From a virus (taxonomy: Duplodnaviria; Caudoviricetes): a stretch of 64,000 nt of DNA. The DNA is taken from the IMG/VR virus record IMGVR_UViG_3300021431_000005, positions 32,001 to 96,000 of that record; one strand, written 5' to 3'. A program made the position numbers and the translations under genes. Shown one piece after another: positions 59,353 to 64,000 of the stretch. Each line of letters begins with the position of its first letter. Position 1 is the stretch's first letter. The notes below the pieces were generated by a model, which saw nothing but the letters and a program-made list of their open reading frames with translations, was not told the origin of the DNA and ran no database searches.

Positions 59353-59625
59353 ATGGAAAAAGAGAGTTATATAATACTTGAAAACGGCAGGGTAGAAAGG
59401 GTGCCGTGGTGTGCATACACCAACCCTGAATACCCGAGGGTGATTGACAATGACGCTCTGAGGGTATACGCACCTAACAACGCAAGCTTAAAGGGTGTAT
59501 TTCTCGCACTTAGAAGCAAGCTTGGAGAAGACGTGGACTTCGAGTACATATTCGAGTCGATGGCAAAGACGGGTGTCTACGGCGACAAGAGCGAAATGAT
59601 TTCGCAGTTGTTGGAGGTGGCTTAA
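59353..59625 (+). CDS. Hypothetical protein
   Basis: AAGGAGG RBS. Confidence 0.65.
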   Translation: MEKESYIILENGRVERVPWCAYTNPEYPRVIDNDALRVYAPNNASLKGVFLALRSKLGEDVDFEYIFESMAKTGVYGDKSEMISQLLEVA

Positions 59626-59733
59626 GTGGCAGTATATCTCACCCTTGCAGCTTTGGTTTTGACTGGCTTCATTCATACGGCTTTGACAATAAGTCGTGAA
59701 AACAAACCAAGATTATCCGACGAATTCATCTAA
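59626..59733 (+). CDS. 35-aa hydrophobic peptide (MAVYLTLAALVLTGFIHTALTISRENKPRLSDEFI)
   Basis: GGAGGTG RBS, GTG start, fills the gap between genes. Confidence 0.5.
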   Translation: MAVYLTLAALVLTGFIHTALTISRENKPRLSDEFI

Positions 59734-59741
59734 AGGAAGGA

Positions 59742-60263
59742 GTGATGGTAATGCCGTACAAGGTTGGCGACAAAGTGAGGATCAATATCTTAAACAAAGA
59801 ACTCAGCACTGTAGGGGTGATTCCCCCAATGTGCGAGTTAGACGGGGTGGTTGCTACAATCAGCGAGGTGCTTGACTGGTATTCACCACCTCATTATCGC
59901 CTTAAAGAAGTCGAGTTCTATTGGGACGACCTTATTTTAGAGCCGTTTCTAGAACAGGAGTTAAGTGAGGGAGACTTATGTATGGGTAGCGTCTTCTTCG
60001 GGACAAGTCATGTAAAAGTCTTGTGTCGAATGATACAAGGGAAATGCACAGCGCTCGGCTTCAACGTTGAAGCTATATACCCCATTCCCGTTTTTGCTGA
60101 AACCATAAGAGTAACAGCTTCAAATGCTCTTGGTGTCTGTGGGGAAATACAAGGAGTGGTGTGGAAAGAATGCGCATACGTCCCCAGTAAACCGCCATTT
60201 GTAGGAAGACTTGATCCTGACGAGTTTGAAAGGCTGAAAGGGGGCGATAAAAATGGAATTTGA
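59742..60263 (+). CDS. Hypothetical protein, KOW/SH3-like N-terminus (paralogue 1)
   Basis: YKVGDKVRI...; C-terminal CAYVPSKPPFVGRL. Confidence 0.65.
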   Translation: MMVMPYKVGDKVRINILNKELSTVGVIPPMCELDGVVATISEVLDWYSPPHYRLKEVEFYWDDLILEPFLEQELSEGDLCMGSVFFGTSHVKVLCRMIQGKCTALGFNVEAIYPIPVFAETIRVTASNALGVCGEIQGVVWKECAYVPSKPPFVGRLDPDEFERLKGGDKNGI

Positions 60264-60777
60264 AGTGGGAGATATTGTAAAAGTAAAGAACATTGATCAG
60301 ATGAAGGCTGAGGGTCTTCAGGTTAATTTTCTTTCTCAGTTCGTGATTGATCGAGCGGGACGGAAGGCAGTTGTTTCCGAGGTATTTCCCGCTTCCGAGC
60401 TACTTCCCGGGAACGCATATTCACTTTCAGGTTTTAGGTTTCACCTGATTTGTCCGGAGTACCTAGAATTAATAGATAAAAAAACCGAAGCTAACATGAT
60501 TGGATTAGGTCGAATTGTGTTGGGCAATTTTGTATCTTACTCAATGGTTCGTTATTGCAATGGACATTCTTTACCCATTAATGCTGAGGAATATGCGACA
60601 GACGATTTTCCCATTGTTTTGGGTACACAAAATATAATGATAACCAAGAACATTCAGTCTTTGGGTTTAGAAGTCGGAGATGTATTAGAGGGTATCATAA
60701 AAAATGGGTACTGCTACGTTCCGAACAAATTGCCATTTATTGGTATGTTGGCGGAAGAGGAATACAAAATAATATAA
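60253..60777 (+). CDS. Hypothetical protein, KOW/SH3-like N-terminus (paralogue 2)
   Basis: FEVGDIVKV...; C-terminal YCYVPNKLPFIGML. Confidence 0.65.
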   Translation: MEFEVGDIVKVKNIDQMKAEGLQVNFLSQFVIDRAGRKAVVSEVFPASELLPGNAYSLSGFRFHLICPEYLELIDKKTEANMIGLGRIVLGNFVSYSMVRYCNGHSLPINAEEYATDDFPIVLGTQNIMITKNIQSLGLEVGDVLEGIIKNGYCYVPNKLPFIGMLAEEEYKII

Positions 60778-60791
60778 GGAGGAAAAAACAG

Positions 60792-63233
60792 ATGGAAATC
60801 AAACAGAATTGGGTGTATGCTATACCTAGATTAAAGACCGTGGCAAGGGTGATGGAGATAGACGGCGACAATATCAAGTTTAATACAGGCATCACCGTAA
60901 ACAAGGACGACGTGTGTTCTTTGTTGCCTGTCGGCACAATTCTTAATGATGCTAACGGCAATTCCTTCACGGTCAAAAGCGAATTAGAATCGTGTTTTAA
61001 CCACGAAAATTCGTTGTGCGAAACAGACGAGAGGTTTATTAGCTTTATTGACTCCTACGAGAGACCAGCGTATTCAATAATAAAATACCCAGAAGCGGTT
61101 CTCACTCATGTCGCAGACGAAATGGAAAATATGGTGACAAACTTTTTCAAGAGTACCATATATAGCACAACTCCCTTGGCAATAAACAAAATACTGTCAA
61201 CGTGGAAGAACAGCAAAGAGAGACTGCGCACAATACTCTCAAAACATCCTTTATGGAACGAGGACGAACTTGCAATAGATTGGGAAATTGAAGTCCCCAA
61301 CAAAGAGCAAAGAGACCTCGCAGAGTCTAGATACCGCAGTATTGTCGCCCAGTATAGGGAAGAATATCGAAATGACTACGACAGACTTATACCTTTGCTT
61401 GAACAAGTTAGGTTCAATTCGTTTATCGAGGGAAGCGAAATCTTCAAATTATTTGGCTTGCATATCGCCAAAGGTATGAAGCCAACCAGAGCCTTAAGGA
61501 AATTTTTCGATGAGACAATGATGTCTAGGGTCGAAAATTTTGAGAAAATGTTTGCTGAACTGGCGGACGCTCTTTCAACGAAACCGCTCAAAAGGCGTAT
61601 AACACTCTCGATCCACCCTATGGATTTCCTACGCATGAGCTACGGAAACTCGTGGAGTTCCTGTCACCATATAGGCAAGAGAGGATGCTATAGCAACGGT
61701 ACACTATCATACCTCATGGACGAGCAGGCTATGGTAGTATCTCTGCTCGATCCTAACAGCAAAGATAAGACATACGAGCAGCCCAAGATCAACAGAATGA
61801 TGTTCTTCTTAAACGAGTCGAACGACATACTCCAAAGCAGGCTGTACCCACAGGTGCGCATCCAAGAATTAGAAGATATTTTAGCCAAGGAGGTGGCTCA
61901 AAAAATATCTGAGTGTCTGAATATTGAACAGACATTCAAAGCTGTTGTAAGTGATGTAACTTGTGATCGCTACGTTACATCAGCTGGCACTCACTACCGA
62001 GATTACGCTTGTACTAACTTTGGTCAGAGAATCTGGTCAACAAAAGACACACTGGGCCAGTTTAAAATAGGACACGATTGTTATTGTGTCAGCTGTGGCG
62101 AGCCGAACTCTCACAATGGTAGTTTAAACTGCGGTTGCGCAGAAAACGAGGCGTGGCGTATATTTGTCGACTTTGTTTGTCCTAACAGTGGGCGCAGATT
62201 CTATAATATCGCCGACAGTAAATACAACCCCAAGGACGGAAGATACTACATAAAGTATTCCGTCTGCAAAGAATGCGGAGAAGTATTCTTCGATTCGCAT
62301 ATATATTGCGAAGAATGCAGAAGAAAAATACCGCTGTTCTGTGAGGGAACTGGTGAGTTAATAGAGGGCATACCAGTTTTAATCGACGACAAGCCATATT
62401 CGCAAGAATACGTCGACGACAACTTTATGTTATGCCCTGAATGCGGAGAATACCATCCAAATGAAGACATGGAAGAAGTGGATGGTGTCATGTATTGCAG
62501 GGAATGCGTAGAAGAAAACGATGTATTCTTTTGGTGTGAAGATTGTCAATCTTATCACCACAAAGACCACACGGAATACTATTACATAGAAGACTATGGC
62601 TACGTCTGCCAAGACTGTTATGACGAAGGTGACTATTGTTACTGTTATCACTGTGAAGAGTATTTCCAAGGTCGGGATTTACAGTACGTCGATGGACACG
62701 ATGTCTGCGAAAACTGCCTATCGAGGTATTATAGGTACTGCGACAGGTGTGAAGAATATCATGACGAAGAAAGCGGCGACTGGTTATCCGATGGTGATAC
62801 ATGGTGGTGTGAATACTGCATTGAAAATTATGCTACACGCTGCGACCACTGTGGTGAATATTATCCAGATAACACTGGCGAGACAGTTGACGAGGATGCA
62901 AACTGGTGTGATGAATGTGTTGCAAATGCGGCATTCTGCTGTCCTGAATGCGAGGAATATTGTTCAAACGACTTAGGACGTTACGACGATGAAACTGGTG
63001 AGACTTGCTGTCAGGCTTGTTACGAACAGTTAATTGCTGAAAGAGAGCAAGAAGAGCCGCAGAGCGAGTTTGTGCCATATACAGCGACCTTGCACACAGC
63101 CATCGACGGCTTTGAAGAAGGGAGGACGGTAGAAGTTTTGGCAATCGACGGCGAAAGAGCCACGATTAAAATAAATGATGGTGTTCATGAACACTATAGA
63201 TTCGTAGGCACCAATGTAATAAATGCTATATAA
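60792..63233 (+). CDS. Large protein with conserved LSIHP.D..MS...W.SC domain and tandem C4 zinc-knuckle repeats
   Basis: About 15 CxxC motifs, six tandem units in the C-terminal third. Confidence 0.75.
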   Translation: MEIKQNWVYAIPRLKTVARVMEIDGDNIKFNTGITVNKDDVCSLLPVGTILNDANGNSFTVKSELESCFNHENSLCETDERFISFIDSYERPAYSIIKYPEAVLTHVADEMENMVTNFFKSTIYSTTPLAINKILSTWKNSKERLRTILSKHPLWNEDELAIDWEIEVPNKEQRDLAESRYRSIVAQYREEYRNDYDRLIPLLEQVRFNSFIEGSEIFKLFGLHIAKGMKPTRALRKFFDETMMSRVENFEKMFAELADALSTKPLKRRITLSIHPMDFLRMSYGNSWSSCHHIGKRGCYSNGTLSYLMDEQAMVVSLLDPNSKDKTYEQPKINRMMFFLNESNDILQSRLYPQVRIQELEDILAKEVAQKISECLNIEQTFKAVVSDVTCDRYVTSAGTHYRDYACTNFGQRIWSTKDTLGQFKIGHDCYCVSCGEPNSHNGSLNCGCAENEAWRIFVDFVCPNSGRRFYNIADSKYNPKDGRYYIKYSVCKECGEVFFDSHIYCEECRRKIPLFCEGTGELIEGIPVLIDDKPYSQEYVDDNFMLCPECGEYHPNEDMEEVDGVMYCRECVEENDVFFWCEDCQSYHHKDHTEYYYIEDYGYVCQDCYDEGDYCYCYHCEEYFQGRDLQYVDGHDVCENCLSRYYRYCDRCEEYHDEESGDWLSDGDTWWCEYCIENYATRCDHCGEYYPDNTGETVDEDANWCDECVANAAFCCPECEEYCSNDLGRYDDETGETCCQACYEQLIAEREQEEPQSEFVPYTATLHTAIDGFEEGRTVEVLAIDGERATIKINDGVHEHYRFVGTNVINAI

Positions 63234-63245
63234 GGAGGAAAACTA

Positions 63246-64000
63246 ATGGACTTTTTTGAAATCTGTAAACTTGAAAAGGGCGAACTTAAGAAAACGCTCG
63301 AAAAGGAACTCACAAACATGGGATACGCCGTCACAAACGCTGACGGCTTTCTTTATGCCGAGGGAACTGTCCCTGTGTTGCTGCTTGCTCACATGGACAC
63401 AGTACATAAAGAGAAGTGCAGTATTATATGCACAGACGGCAACTATGTAATGTCGCCACAGGGTATCGGCGGTGACGATAGGTGTGGCATATTCATGGTG
63501 TTGGAGACCATCAAGGAACTCCGTTGCTCTGTACTCTTCACGGAGGACGAAGAGATAGGGTGTGTCGGGGCGAAAAAATTCTGCGACTCTGGAATTACCC
63601 CGACTGTGCCTATCAATTACTTGATAGAGTACGACAGAAAGAACGCAGATGACGCAGTATTTTATAGTTGCGACAACCCTGACTTTGAGAAGTTTATAAC
63701 CGATGAAAACATCGGATTTAAAACTGCTCATGGTTCGTGTTCCGACATCAGCTACGTCGCACCGTATCTCAAAACTGCGGCGGTCAATCTTAGTTGTGGG
63801 TACTACAATCAGCACACTCTACATGAGTATGTTATTATGTCAGAGATGACGAATAATATCGAGCGAGGAAAGGCGCTCATTAGAAAACCTTGTGATCACT
63901 TTGAATACATAGAAAAGAAGTATGATTACAAGTCAAGCTACTCCAATTATGGTTACGGCGGAAAGTGGGGACGTTCTTATGACTTGACTGGCTATTATAG
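63246..64000 (+). CDS. M28/M20-clan zinc peptidase-like protein (runs off window)
   Basis: AHMDTV, GIGGDDRCG, FTEDEEIG, YDRK, SDI, VNLSCGYYNQHT; AAGGAGG RBS. Confidence 0.88.
   Translation, partial: MDFFEICKLEKGELKKTLEKELTNMGYAVTNADGFLYAEGTVPVLLLAHMDTVHKEKCSIICTDGNYVMSPQGIGGDDRCGIFMVLETIKELRCSVLFTEDEEIGCVGAKKFCDSGITPTVPINYLIEYDRKNADDAVFYSCDNPDFEKFITDENIGFKTAHGSCSDISYVAPYLKTAAVNLSCGYYNQHTLHEYVIMSEMTNNIERGKALIRKPCDHFEYIEKKYDYKSSYSNYGYGGKWGRSYDLTGYY

Noticed and set aside
63243-63815. 190-aa minus-strand ORF
   Set aside because: Antisense shadow of the M28-like peptidase on the + strand.

Overview
This window is 64 kb of a large temperate siphophage of an AT-rich Firmicute (Clostridia-like host inferred), organised like Bacillus phage SPbeta. 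From about 1 to 55 kb the genes run leftward. They are an integrase beside an attP-like 3' half of tRNA-Cys, a second tyrosine recombinase, a modular tail-fibre/receptor-binding cluster, the lysis cassette, baseplate, tape measure protein (TMP), tail and head genes, portal, terminase, BRO antirepressor, PhoH, ClpP, tRNAs, HU, a phosphoesterase, a YonO-like single-subunit RNA polymerase, a Rep_3 initiator with iterons and a third tyrosine recombinase. After a non-coding strand switch at about 55.1-55.7 kb, rightward early genes begin. The main result is two group I introns whose splice sites can be read from the sequence. One 310-nt intron splits the RNAP catalytic GCDFDSD motif. One 890-nt intron splits the TMP gene and carries, instead of a homing endonuclease, an antisense zinc-ribbon cargo gene with its own consensus sigma-A promoter. 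Other signals are an orphan tandem NrdR-box pair, two repeated pseudoknot-type elements bracketing early genes like cassettes, strong-SD minigenes, nested internal starts in the lysin and prohead protease, and a dual integrative/plasmid-type lifestyle. All protein calls come from motif recognition and synteny only; no searches were run.
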